This document shows, one piece after another, positions 1 through 13,114 of a stretch of DNA of 64,000 nt (the first letter of the stretch is position 1; each line of letters starts with the position of its first letter). The DNA is from Octopus bimaculoides. Lineage: Eukaryota. The notes under the pieces were generated by a model. That model made no database searches and was not told where the DNA came from. It was given only the letters and a program-made list of their open reading frames with translations. A program made the position numbers and the translations under genes. The DNA is taken from positions 15,656,605-15,720,604 of the forward strand of contig NC_068984.1 in NCBI RefSeq assembly GCF_001194135.2, given 5' to 3'.

Positions 1-1242
1 AACAGCTGATAAATGACAACTTAATATTGAAAGTCATTGAAAGAAATAAAAGAAGGCAATATCGAACTATCATGCTCTCAAATTATATATATATATATAT
101 ATATGTACAATATAACATAAACATGCTCGCATCCTTTAACATTTAATTATTCTTTTCCTTTCATTTTACAATGAATGGTCTTGTATGATTCAATCACTCA
201 TTTGAAAAAAAAACTAAAATATGGGCTGTTTCTTCTTGCCTATGTGTATGCATGTGTAATGGCCTTCATCTCAGATATGTCCTCACTCAATTTATTGTAA
301 CTTCTATTTCAAATTCTTATTTGCTAGAAATAGCAGTCAGATTTCCCTCAAATTACACCCTAGCGCCTTAAATTTAAAAACAAAAGTGGGTACGTTTGGG
401 AACAACATATACCCTGATATACCAACAACACGGGGAACCCCTGGCGGGAACGCCTTTTTTTGTAGGTCTGTTTGATTGGAGTTTGAGTTGACCCGAGGCG
501 AAACAACAGTTCTTTTGTTTAAAAAAAAAATCATTTCTATATAAATCCATTCTACAGGATGTGTTATTTATCAATGTTACAGGCTTAACATCTGTTAAAT
601 GACAATTAAAAGTCATTAAAAAAAATAGAACTTGCTAGAACTTCGAACTTGTCTGCACTCAAATCGCTTACAAGCTGACTTTTCGCCCGATACATGTATT
701 TATTTCATTGCATAAACTATTCTTTAATTTTCATCATATAAATAATACCTTTGTGCATAAAAGAGAACTTATTCAGTTAGACTTTGGTAAATTTATACCA
801 ATCATTTATCATCACGGACTTACACAAAATCTTTCGGAAAATTATGGGTAGTTTCTTCTTGACAAAATTGAATAGGCCAGATCTTAACTAACAAACACTC
901 ACTTGAAATGCTTCTAATATTTTTCTATTCCTGTAGTAATGCATTCTAGATAATAAGTGGAGTTATAATAAAAGAGCTGTAATAACATATCTTTATTCAA
1001 TGTGTTCTATTTCGGACGGAAAAAGAAATATGAAAACCTATTAGATAATGTTTCTTGCAGCATTAAAATTAAAGAGAAAGAGAATAAAAATAGCTTTCCT
1101 CTATAAAATATATTTAGTGAATGGATAACATTAAACGTAGTGTAACTGATTCCAGTTTCAATCTGCTTTATTAAATATGAGCTCCAACTGTAATTTAGGA
1201 AGGTTAGAAAGAATTATTTGAATATATTTACAAGTAAAAGCA

Positions 1243-1668
1243 GTAGACATGGCTGTGTAGTTAAAAAGTTCACCTCCCAACCATGTTGTTTCGTGTTCAG
1301 TCCCATTGCGTGGCACATTGAGCAAGTGTTTCTTACTAGGGCTGACCAAACCCTTATAAGTGGATTTGGTAGACAGAACCTGAAAGAAGCCTGCCATATA
1401 TATTTGTATGTGAGCGTGAATGCATGGACATGTCTCTTCTTGTCATCACATGGTAGACGTAAATGAGTGGCACTCGTATATGTAGTGTCCTTCATTTCCA
1501 GTATTCTGCATAGAACATATCTAGCCATAGAGAAATCTCACCTTGCTTGGAAACAGGTGAGGGTTGGTGACAGGGAGGGCATCTGACTGTAGAAAATCTG
1601 CCTGAGTAAACTCCATCTAGCTTATGCAAGCATGGAAATGTAGACGTTAAAACGATGGTGATGATGTC
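1243..1668 (+). mobile_element. tRNA-derived SINE with RTE-type (GAT)n tail, CpG-decayed
   Basis: Head tggctgtgtagttaaaaag...ggatttggtagacagaacctgaaagaagcc is shared with many copies in the window; the 3' end gcatggaaatgtagacgttaaaacgatggtgatgatg matches the RTE LINE tail at 10340-10375. Confidence 0.8.
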
Positions 1669-2740
1669 ACGTATGTGAATCCAAAAGTATAACCTTCAGC
1701 AAATGTGAGCTTGCTAGTAGTAATGTTACACATCAGATCCACCAGATTCAAAATAAAGTTTAAATATTTTGTTTTAATATAAAAGAAGAAAATGAATTTG
1801 TACAGGAAAGACTATTGTGAGCAGTTCCAGACTGAGAGGAAACAATAGACAGGTTGGAAATCCCAGTTATAGGAAAATTTGGTGTTAGAAATTTTGTTTT
1901 TAAATGACCATCATATTTTTCTTAATGTTTGACGTTGAATAAAGACTTACCTATTTAATGCCTTGATAAAACTTTTTAGCATTCTTTTTAATTTTATCTT
2001 ATAAAATGCTGATATAATTGTCCCTATGATGAATTTTACTATATGGCGAAATTTCTTACAGTAACACGGGAATTCTCAGTGTTGTAGTTCAGGGAAGGAA
2101 GGATTGGATACAATGTTTTGTTCAATGCTAAAAGCAGTGAGGACAAGTAGATGCAGAAATGCAGGCACATTGTGTGTTGAATTGGTTTAATGCTAACTAG
2201 TTCACTGATAGTTGTAAATGGGTGTCACTATCATACAAACAGTGTCATTCGTCTCCAGTGTTATGTAAAGCCAATTTGACCTTGGGAAAATATTACCCTT
2301 GTTTAGAAACAGGTGAGGGTTGGTGACAGGAAGGGTATCCAGCTGTAGAAAATGTGCCTCAATAAACCTCATCTGACCCTTGCAGCATGGAAAAGTGGAT
2401 GTTAATGATGATCCCCACAATTTTGACACTTAATTACCTGTACATAAATGAACAGATGTGATTACTAGTGTAGTTAGTGGATCACACTTTGGATCTGCTG
2501 TAGGCAATATGTGTTTTTTGTGGGGTCCAGGGACAGCAAATGGAAGGGCCACTCTGGGCAGCACAAACTCTAGCTATGCCAGTGGATGTGATGTAATTTA
2601 AGTGTATTTACTCAACTATATAACAGAACTGCAGTGGATTTGAGCTGATTACTTAGGAATTAATATTCCAGTATCTTATCTTCTTGATCATTTTGTTTCT
2701 AGTGCAGAATTAAGCAGATTCCATAAAGGCCTCTAGAATA

Positions 2741-3288
2741 GGTCTGATCAAAACGTATCAGGACTGGTGCTATGAAAAAAAAAGAAAACTACACCACATG
2801 TCAATTCAACGTTTAGTCTCCTTTGAAGTAGTCCCCTTCTGAAGCCACTCACTTTATCCAGTGTTATTTTCATTGATTGAAGCATTCCTGGAACTCCTTT
2901 TTGGGGGGATACTGAGCAGCTGCTTTGTTGCATTCTCTTGGATTTCTTTAATGTCTTGAGATCTTGTTCCTTTCAAGTGGGATTTGATTTTGGGAAAAAT
3001 TCTTGGCTTATAACAACCTTGACACCATGTCTCTTTCCATGCACACACACACACACACATTTTCTCTGCCATGGTCACTGATGGATCTTCTGTGGCGTGG
3101 TGAGATGATCACACTCTACACACTTTATTTCCAAGTGCTGCTATAAACAACGGAAGTGAGTAAGAATGCTATTATTTAGTGTGCATGCATGATATAGTTC
3201 AAGGTCAATTTGTGCCAAGCAGCTTTACTCTGCGTACTTTGGCTCTTTTACCATAGCAACAGTCTCAATACTTTTTGATCAGACCTCA
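2741..3288 (-). mobile_element. Internally deleted mariner element with decayed transposase C-terminus
   Basis: Inverted termini ggtctgatcaaaacgtatcaggactg (2741) and cagtctcaatactttttgatcagacctca (to 3288), TA flanks. The minus strand reads FPKIKSHLKGTRSQDIKEIQENATKQLLSIP..FQECFNQ*K*HWIK*VASEGDYFKGD, the typical mariner C-terminal motif. Confidence 0.85.
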
Positions 3289-4908
3289 TATTGTGTGGAT
3301 GCCTGCTAAATCTAATTTATATCATACTCCACCTCTTTAAAAGCATGTTGTCTTAGATATACAGTGTTTGAAGAAAAAAATAGGATGGGCATGGTTAGAA
3401 TGACTTTGATTTTAGGTCTATTTGATCAGAACTACCTTGGGTTAAATAATAATAGAGTCTTCTATATTAATAATGTTTTGTAAGTTCAGGGACAGCTAGC
3501 TTGGTCAACTAATGGCCAAAGTGACTGGGCTCAGTGCTGGAGTTGGACTTAGTGAGGCCCTAAGCTTTATAAAGCTTGGAGATCTTTGTTATACCAACAA
3601 TTGTCAACTGAGGGAAATTTGGCAGCTATTTCTAGCCCATCAGTTGACTGTGCAGAAGCTTCTTTGTTGACTTGCCAGATTTTAAGTTTTGAGTAATCCT
3701 AGTCAAACATGCCCCTTCTGGTACAAAATATTGTTCTTACAATCTTTAAGGAGATTATGTACCTATTCTAAACCAAGATGCACAAACAAGTTCTATGTTT
3801 GAATCATGTGAGTGAGATATTGGTAATGAACATGGTGCAGCAAAGACAGTTGTAGAATCTGGAAATGAGAACAGTTTGGTGAATGAATAGAGTATTGTCG
3901 AGAAAGAGGAAGACTAATAATGAATTTCAGAGAATGATGAAAATAGAGACAATAATGGTTGTTGGGGAAAAGAAATAGGATGAGGTAGCTGGGTCATGTG
4001 CTAAGGAAGGAAGAAAGTGACTGGGTGAGAGGAGTGCTGGACAGTTGAATCATACTGGGTAGCAATCAAACACTTAGCAGTAATCCACAAGTCCAACACA
4101 CCAGTTGTGCTTCACCTCTGGTCATGGACTCCATCACATACTCTATCATATAAGGGTTGGTTATGATGAATGTAGCCAGGGTATTTTAGTTACTTTGTTA
4201 CCCAATCTGTTCATATCATAGCTACAGTAGCTGTGGACAAAGTAGATTTGGTTGTGCATAAGTACTTGAGATTTTTCATTGTTGTTTTGCCCCAAGTCAG
4301 CCTTATGATCTAAGGCATTTTAATCATGAATCATCCTGTCATTTATTTTAGATAAGACTGGGATGTGAGTAATATTTGGCTGTTATTTCTACAAGAGTCA
4401 GTGGCTACATAGATTCCCTCTATGTTGGCTGGACTTATTAGAGGTCGTTGGCTCTACAACACTTTTTTTAGTTCTAGTGCAGAAATAGAAATTATAGAAA
4501 GTGATTTTGATATAATTGGATGTTGTAATAATGATGAAGTTTGTTTCTTTGAGATAAGTCATTGTGGGTGGTTAGATATTATGAAGGTACCATAACATTA
4601 TACAAGAGCTATGAACTGTGATCCTGATGTGTTCTTAAGTTTTAGTATTTTCATTTTGTTGTGAATATGTGATGGGTGTAGCAGTATGTTATAACTTATA
4701 ATCTGGAGAATTTTGTTTGGGATGGTATTCATTGTTAAGGATGATGAACATGAGGGCAGGGGATTAATAGAAATGGTAGAGCAGTAGACAAAATGTCTTG
4801 CAATAGTCTTCACCATAAACCTTGTGCCAAAATTTGAAACCAATATTCTTCACCATAAAGCAAGAAATTAAATACAAAGCAGCTGGGTCCAAATTGGAAG
4901 TAGCATTA

Positions 4909-5290
4909 TCAGTTCCTCCTGTGCTCTTGAGCTGTTTGGGCAGCTAGTTGATGCCACTGGTTTCTGTTGGTTGTAGTTGTCAATGCATCTGGCCATGGGG
5001 TATTGGCCTCTCTTATGTCTGTTATGAATGCTCTATGCCATATAGTTTTTGGTCCTCCTCTCTTTCTTTGTCCCTCCAGTAGTGCTTGTTTGAAAGCTGT
5101 TTTAGAATGGTGTTCTGAAAACCAGAGTATGTAACCTGCTAGTTTTAATCCTTGTTCTGCGAGGATTTAGCTAAGTGATCTTCTATTGGCTTTCTTTAGA
5201 ATGTCTTCATTGGTTACATAATCTTGCCAATACATTCTCGGAATCGTTCCCAAGCATCTTCAGTGGAACACATCTAGCTTTCTGTTGATT
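4909..5290 (-). pseudogene. RTE-clade LINE ORF C-terminal fragment (decayed)
   Basis: Manual translation RMYWQDYVTNEDILKKANRRSLS*ILAEQGLKLAGYILW...LEGQRKRGGPKTIW...NRNQWHQL resembles the RTE RT C-terminus (W.D.V.NE..., G.R.RGRP..W). Confidence 0.75.
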
Positions 5291-6112
5291 TTCACAGTGC
5301 TCTTCCATGTCTCGTTGAGTATACTTGAGTATAAAAGAAAAAAAGAGGATAAAATATATCATTGAGTTTTAGGTACATAGTGTATACAACTAGGTCACAT
5401 TATATTCTACATCATTTTGTACTTGAATAAATACACTATGTCTCTTTACATTTGAGGTTGAAATTGCATCAAGGTAAATTTTACCTGTCATCCTTCTGAG
5501 GTTGATAAAATAAGTACCAGTTAAAATATGATTACCTATACTTCTTGTGCCTGTGTTACAAACGAATAGATTGAAAGAGTTGCTGGTAATTGAAAGGGTA
5601 TAAAAGAATGTTGAGTGTTGTATGTGATATAAAATAATCAAGTCATGTTAATAAGTTAGAACACAGGGAATATGATGAATCTTTAGGCAACGTCTTTGTT
5701 GATGAGATGGAAATAAGAAAGGACTTCATGTTTTATATGTTGTAATCAAGTAGCTAGTGAAGAAGCAACATTCTAAGGAATTGAATTATTGCTTATAAGC
5801 TCAGTGTTTGATCCAATTAAAATCCTTGTTTACTGAAGTAACATTGCCTTAAATAAGGCATGTAAGAGGTTTAAGCTGTTGATTAGTGCCATGTCAGCCC
5901 TGATCAAGCAAACCTGTGATCAAATATGTTCCAGCCATGACCATGTTATCTATCTTTAACAGTCATATTGTATAAGGAATTACATTATTCAATATGTCCT
6001 TCCTTTTATGAGATGGTTAGGAGGGATTTGGCTCCTATTTCTAACAAGTGTCTATATAGAGGCTCCCTTGTTCGCCCTAAGGAGCTATGTTATTGACTAA
6101 TATCAGAAAATG

Positions 6113-6290
6113 TTCATCATCATCATTTAACGTCCGTTTTCCATGCTGGCATGGGTTTGGACGGTTTGACAGAAGACTGCACAAGTCTTCACTGTCTATT
6201 TTGGTATGGTTTTTACAGCTGGATGCCTTTTCTAACACCAACTTGCTTACAGAGTGGACTGAGTCCTTTTTACATGGCACCAGCACTGTT
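6113..6290 (-). mobile_element. RTE LINE/SINE 3' tail fragment
   Basis: catcatcatcatttaacgtccgttttccatgctggcatggg is the reverse complement of the (GAT)n tail at 10340-10375. Confidence 0.8.
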
Positions 6291-7391
6291 GATATCTTAA
6301 ATATTTTGATATTTGCAAAATCCAGTGTTTGTTTACTTTTTTTTTTTTTCCCATTCTTTCAAATTACACTTCTCCAACTTTGCAGAATCTGGTTCTTTAG
6401 CAAATAAATTTGGTTCTTTAAGAATTAGTTTGCTTTGACTTTGAAACAGTAACTTAGTCTTTTACTTCATGGCTTCATCATTTTCTTTCTTTCTTATATG
6501 AAAATGTCATATTTTTATATGCTGCGAATTTCAATAAATTCAACTTTTGATGTAGGTAAAAGCCTTTAAAAACTAATATATAATTCCAAGATCTTTCTTC
6601 TGAAATGACTCATTCTCGAAATCTCATTTGATTACTGCTTCCACATATAAGACAGTATGGCTTTTTTACTTACAGATATCCTAGACAACATCCTTAAAAA
6701 TGGTCACCAGATAGACTGGAATGGACACACTTACAAATGCACTATGATTTCTCACCCAGAGATATGCTAGTTCTCCACTCTGCCATTTCTACTGATACTG
6801 TAGTGGCTATTGTTCCTTGAAGCTCTCTGGTCTTGTGTGTCATTTTCATTCCGGTCCACTTGACTGACTTACTTTTCTTGTTGCCACCCACGTTGTTTCT
6901 CTCCTTCCCCTGGCTCTGCACTATCATTTTTTTTTATCATATTCTACAAATCACCCCTCTGGAATTCCTTTCTTATGTTTTTCATGCCATCATCATCATG
7001 TTGCTGTTCAAGGGAACCAACAATGGTATCAATCTTACCAATGTCTGAGGGGTTGTGAAAGCCATAAACCAATCTAAACCAATTCATCACTCACTTATTA
7101 GAAAAATCTTTTAAATAAGAGGGATTGAGATATTCATTGTATGAATGTACCATTATCTAATCTGTTCAAACTATTCAACACTTTATCATTTAAACCAGCC
7201 AGATCCAGCTAAAATATTCTATGCATTTTATGGTCAAACTGTCCAGATCTAGCCTCTCACACCAATCCGACAATGTCATTCTAAAAATTGATAGCTCATC
7301 AAAATCTCAAAGCTACAAGCTCTTGACTGAATAATATGAATGCTAAAGGGCTAAAAAAATGTCAGCATGGAACCAGCATTCTTCTGTAACT

Positions 7392-7575
7392 TCATCATCA
7401 TCAACATCATTTAACGGCCACTTTCCATGCTGGCATGAGTTGGACGGTTTGACTGAGTACTGGCAAGGCAGGAGGCTGCACCAGGCTCAGATCTGGCAAG
7501 ATTTCTACAGCTGGGTGCCCTTCTTAATGCCAACCACTCTGAGAGTGTAGTGGGTGCTTTTTACGTGCCACCAGC
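7392..7575 (-). mobile_element. RTE LINE 3' UTR fragment
   Basis: Same (CAT)n...tttccatgctggcatg...gggtgcttttttacgtgccacc sequence as the other tail copies. Confidence 0.75.
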
Positions 7576-8977
7576 TTCTACTATATTCTAGAATTTAAGT
7601 TTCCAATACTAAAATTAAGAGGCCACGTAACAACTGGAACAAAATGAATGTGTCTCATAAAGTAATCCCTGGGAAGTATATGTTGATAACATTTTTAATT
7701 ATTGATTTGTGATTAAACTATAAACATCATGAAGCAGATTGAGATGATTGGACATGGCTGTTTAGATGCTGTTGATTTGGCACAGCTGACTGGACATTCA
7801 GCCTGTTTTAGAGAGAGAGGTTACACATGCATACAAACATCATGTTCATCTGTTGGAGCAATGAGGACCAGCTAATATTATTAAGGATGACTGATCACTT
7901 ATGTGGTGGCTGTTTAAAGTGAAGAAGGATTGTGCACAAGAACAGGTCAAAAACTAGGAATGGAGATGGATGCAGTGGCTGACCAAGATGTCTTACTTGC
8001 TTCATCTTGCTCTCCACAATGTGTTACTGCAGCTGCCTTCACCTCTGTTGAACCCTGACGGCTTCTTCCACAGGGTCTATTGAATCCTGTCTTTACATGC
8101 ATAAGTAGGCAAGCCCTAATAAGCTAGTTAACACATAGCTGGGACCCTGACAGGTGTTACTATTCTGGGTCAGAGTAGACCAGAGAACCATAGTGGCTGA
8201 GAAGTGGTTCCACACTCCTCAAAAGCCCTGGAACTCTTGGACCAGGGCACCACTATCTGATGCAGTTTAAAATCATACCCAGGATGCAATTACAAACATA
8301 ACTAGATGTTCACATGCTTAAACAGAGGGTGAGGGAGAATGAGAGACCCATTAAAATGTCTGATGTCAAATAAGTCCTTGTCAGATCAATGACACCAAAA
8401 TGGCTGTGCCGAAATATCTCGAACTCATTCTGTGAAGAACATTTAGATTATGCTAATTTTCCTCTTTTTTTTTTCTTCTTTTCAGTTGACAATTTTTCAT
8501 ATTGTAACAAATTAGTTACTTCTTACAAAATAAATATGAACTCATGCTAATAACTTGGACATTTGGAATATGGATTCAGTATTACCGAAGCAAGGTATGT
8601 TACTTTATTTTCATATATTCTATATTTCCAAATTTAACAATTTCTGGATATTTTCTTTTACAGCTTCAGAGGCATATAGTGTATGCCACTGGGGCCAGCC
8701 CTTGAGTTCCCCCCGCCCTGTATAAGCTTGTACTGACTGATACAGCAGACCCATAAGTGCTGCTCCCATAAAAATGTTGCCCATGCAGGTTCCTCTTCAT
8801 GCCCCCACCCCAGCTACATTATTGTGTGCCTTATATAATTTTTCAGGAAAATGATTGTGTTTTATGTGCAATCATTCAGGAAAATGAATGATAACATGGT
8901 ATTTCTAAGTTTGCAGTAAGCAATAATTTAATTTTAATAATGATTTTAAGTGACTCCGCAATTAGGGCAAGGTCATC

Positions 8978-10375
8978 AGCTCCTCTATGCTGATGACCTT
9001 GCCCTAATTGCGGAGTCACTATCAGAACTAGAGGAGAAGTTTCAGGTGTGGAAGCAAGGTCTAGAATTGAAGGGCCTTAGAGTCAACCTAGCTAAAACCA
9101 AAATCCTAATAAGTAGGAAGGTAGATAAAACACAAACCCCTTCAGGTAGATGGCCCTGCTCAGTATGTAGAAAAGGAGTAGGTAGTAACTCTATAAGATG
9201 TACCCGGTGCAAGCTATGGACACATAAGAGGTGCAGCAACATCAAAGGTAGGTTAACTAGGAAGTTAGTTTTTGTTTGTGGCAGATGTTCAGGTGCAATA
9301 AAGACTGTAAACAAACAGGAAACAACTTCTATCTCATTCNNNNNNNNNNNNNNNNNNNNNNNNNNNNNNNNNNNNNNNNNNNNNNNNNNNNNNNNNNNNN
9401 NNNNNNNNNNNNNNNNNNNNNNNNNNNNNNNNNNNNNNNNNNNNNNNNNNNNNNNNNNNNNNNNNNNNNNNNNNNNNNNNNNNNNNNNNNNNNNNNNNNN
9501 NNNNNNNNNNNNNNNNNNNNNNNNNNNNNNNNNNNNNNNNNNNNNNNNNNNNNNNNNNNNNNNNNNNNNNNNNNNNNNNNNNNNNNNNNNNNNNNNNNNN
9601 NNNNNNNNNNNNNNNNNNNNNNNNNNNNNNNNNNNNNNNNNNNNNNNNNNNNNNNNNNNNNNNNNNNNNNNNNNNNNNNNNNNNNNNNNNNNNNNNNNNN
9701 NNNNNNNNNNNNNNNNNNNNNNNNNNNNNNNNNNNNNNNNNNNNNNNNNNNNNNNNNNNNNNNNNNNNNNNNNNNNNNNNNNNNNNNNNNNNNNNNNNNN
9801 NNNNNNNNNNNNNNNNNNNNNNNNNNNNNNNNNNNNNNNNNNNNNNNNNNNNNNNNNNNNNNNNNNNNNNNNNNNNNNNNNNNNNNNNNNNNNNNNNNNN
9901 NNNNNNNNNNNNNNNNNNNNNNNNNNNNNNNNNNNNNNNNNNNNNNNNNNNNNNNNNNNNNNNNNNNNNNNNNNNNNNNNNNNNNNNNNNNNNNNNNNNN
10001 NNNNNNNNNNNNNNNNNNNNNNNNNNNNNNNNNNNNNNNNNNNNNNNNNNNNNNNNNNNNNNNNNNNNNNNNNNNNGTACCGCCTGACTGGCTCCCGTAG
10101 GATTTTCGAGTGAGATCGTTGCCAGTGCCCCTGGACTGGCTTGTGCGGGTGGCACATAAAAGACACCATTTTGAGCGTGGCCGTTTTCGTGCGGGTGACA
10201 CGTAAAAGCACCCACTACACTCTCTGAGTGGTTGGCGTTAGGAAGGGCATCCAGCTGTAGAAACTCTGCCAAATTAGATTGGAGCCTGGTGTTGCCATCC
10301 GGTTTCACCAGTCCTCAGTCAAATCGTCCAACCCATGCTAGCATGGAAAGCGGACGTTAAACGATGATGATGATT
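8978..10375 (+). mobile_element. 5'-truncated RTE-clade LINE (RT YADD motif, Cys/His finger, 3' UTR, (GAT)n tail), interrupted by an assembly gap
   Basis: Open frame 8978-9339: LLYADDLALIAES...KGLRVNLAKTK...WPCSVCRKGVGSNSIRCTRCKLWTHKRCS. The 3' UTR at 10078-10375 ends gacgttaaacgatgatgatgat with CpGs intact, suggesting a young copy. Confidence 0.92.
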
Positions 10376-11036
10376 TTAAAATATTTGTTTCATAACTTTT
10401 ATGGAGTAATTCTCAAATGACTGATTGTCATTTGTTTTGGTCTCAAATTTTATTCATTAACATTAGTCCTGCAACTGTTAGAATGTAGAAGATAACTGGC
10501 AGCTGCTTGTGAAAATAATGTGCAAGTGGCTGAGCATTCCACAGACATGTGTGCCCTTAATGCAGCTCTCAGGGAGATTCAGCATGACAGTATCTGACAA
10601 GGCTGGTCCTTGGATTTACTGGTACAACTCATTTTTGCCAACTGAGTAAACAAGAGTAATGTGAAATAAAGAGTCTTGCTCAAGGATACAATGTACAGCC
10701 AGGAATCAAACTCACAAACTTATGGCTGTGAGCTGAATAGCCTCACCTCTAAGCCACACATCTTCACAGAAAGTTTAAGTTGAAAGTTGGTAAAAGAGCA
10801 AGTCCATCAGAGATAGTTATTGAGGTGTCAAAAATATTAAGTGGTGGAATAAAAAGATGGAAGAAACTGTATAGAAGCCCATCACATATGTACACGTGCA
10901 TATACAGGGTTGGCCAAGAGTCAGCTGACAGTAAATCTTAAACCATTTAATTCCAAGATAGTTATTAAGATGTCAAAAATATTAAGTGATGGAAGAAACT
11001 GTATAGAAGCCCATCACATATGTACATGTGCATATA

Positions 11037-11280
11037 CAGGGTTGGCCAAAAGTTACCTGACAGTCAATCTAAACCATATAGATTCAAGATTAAAAGAAAA
11101 AATTATTTTATACAAGACTTTGCTAATAAATAGGCAAATGTTGAGAAAAAAAAAAAACGGTGATTTTTAACTCACAGCATCCAATTATTAAACATTCATA
11201 ATTGGAATGAATAAATAAAATTGAATATTAGGTATTTACAGAATTTTGATTTACTGTCGGGTGACTTTTGGCCAACACTG
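11037..11280. mobile_element. Tc1/mariner-type MITE
   Basis: TIRs cagggttggccaaaagttacctgacagt / actgtcgggtgacttttggccaacactg, flanked by TA. Confidence 0.8.
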
Positions 11281-11534
11281 TATATATATCATCGTTATTT
11301 AATGTCTGCTTTCCATGCTGGCATATATATTATACACATGTGTACAAGCATGTATATATGTGTATATATTCAGATTCAGCATCTTTGCATGAAGCTGCTT
11401 GAACCAAAAACAAATAATGTTATGTTGACATCCCATGCCAACAAATCATTCTGTATCTCTTCATTTTTGAAAACAATGGGAATGAAAACACCTCTTATTT
11501 GAAAAACATAGATTAGTGACAGAAAGAAAACCAT

Positions 11535-11760
11535 TATCGTCATATATTGTATAATTTTTCCATGCTTGCATGGAGCAGATGGACAGAATTTGTTGAGGCA
11601 AATTGTCTATAGCCAGATGGCCTTCTTGTTGCCAACCCTCTCTTGTTTCCAGGCCAGCTTATATTTTTAATGACCAGACATGTTTTTACAGAAGACTGGA
11701 AATGAACATCACTTGTATGATATTGCTTATTTACAACCATTGCATGATTTCTAGTCAAGG

Positions 11761-11805
<45 letters not shown>

Positions 11806-11965
11806 ATGAGCTTCTTTCAGCTTCCGTCTACTAAATCCACTCACAAGGCTTTGATTGTCCCAGGGTTACAGTAGAAGACACTTGCCCAAGGTGCCATGCA
11901 GTAAGACTGGTCCTGAGACCATATCGTTGGGAAGCAAGCTTCTTAACCACACAGCCATATCTGCA
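11535..11965 (-). mobile_element. tRNA-derived SINE with RTE-type tail and internal (CA)n
   Basis: Reverse complement of the 1243-type element; head ...ccacacagccatatctgc. Confidence 0.8.
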
Positions 11966-12599
11966 TCTATTTCATTTGACTGTAAAATAATGCTTCAATA
12001 ATTACACTGAAAAGCAGATGTAGAACAATGAATGAATGAATAAACATTGCATACAAAAAGAAGGCATGACTTTTCTGTATTGATGAGGAAATAAAAGTTT
12101 GTCTGTTTGAAATATTTCATAATACTTGAGATTAATTAGGCTCCTGCTTCTTATTTAAGTAGTTTCATTTGGAAAAATCTCTTAAAAATATAATCCTATT
12201 GTCATTTCATCTTAACTATGTTTAGAAGTAATAGAGTTGTTGTTCATATAATATACTGACAAATTAATATAATTAATGTTTTAATAACATAAACCGATAA
12301 TTTTCTTTGCTGTTTGTTCAGATATCTGTTTTGTTGTGTAACATATTATACTTGTGTTCAAAAAGTTTGGAAGCCACTGTATCAAACTGTTTTCTGATTG
12401 TGTGCTAAAAATATTGGTTTTAGCATTGTGTTATTTTTGGGTTTATAGACCCCTATGTTTATAGATATCTGTTCAGTTTGACTTGTAACAGTGTTGGTCA
12501 GAGAAAAGTCACAATACCAATTTATGATTTTTAATAATAGCAAATTTATACAACAAAAATCTTGATTAGTCATAAGAAAACCTTTAACCCACACAAACT

Positions 12600-12990
12600 G
12601 CTATTCAAATTTACTTGTAATACCTTGCATTACATGCATCTGATTGTACTCAAAAAAATTCCTGTATTAAACCAGAGAAAATCTCCCTACCATCTTTTCC
12701 TCTCTATTCACATCCTATAAGCATACACTTTGCATCGTCCATTCCTGCACAACCACTTTTCCTTTTGACTTCCAAACTCACTTATACTTAATTTTCATAC
12801 ATATTACTCCACCCACCAAAGGAACATCCCATCATAAACACTATTTATAAGGCTTGAAAGCCAAACTAAACCAGTCTGATGATGATGACTAGCAAGCTGA
12901 AACATCGAAGTTACTGTCAACCTTTTCTTTGTAAAAATTAATATGAGATGCTACTAAAAGTATTGAGTAGTTGCTCAGGTGCTTTTATAT
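12600..12990 (+). mobile_element. Penelope-like element remnant with decayed hammerhead motif
   Basis: MHLIVLKKIPVLNQRKSPYHLF resembles the end of the PLE GIY-YIG domain (I..LKP.LN.Q...L.LF), followed by ctgatga...gaaac at 12876-12903. Confidence 0.45.
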
Positions 12991-13114
12991 GTAAGTTTAC
13001 ATGACAACAAGCATTAATATTTGAGTATGCGAATTAATTGCCATAGTTCTGAAGCTATGAGATTTGATTATTACCTCTGCCTTAGTTGCGTTTGTTTGTC
13101 TATGGACAAGATAT

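Noticed and set aside
8486-8594. Plus-strand AG/GT-bounded segment followed by a short intron-like stretch
   Set aside because: All frames have stops in the first half, and the next apparent exon is a GC-rich repeat; it could be UTR or lncRNA but is unsupported.
9042-10308. Long ORFs spanning 9340-10077, and those across 44199-44539 and 45436-45733
   Set aside because: They are open only because N-runs contain no stops; only the RTE frame 8978-9339 is real.
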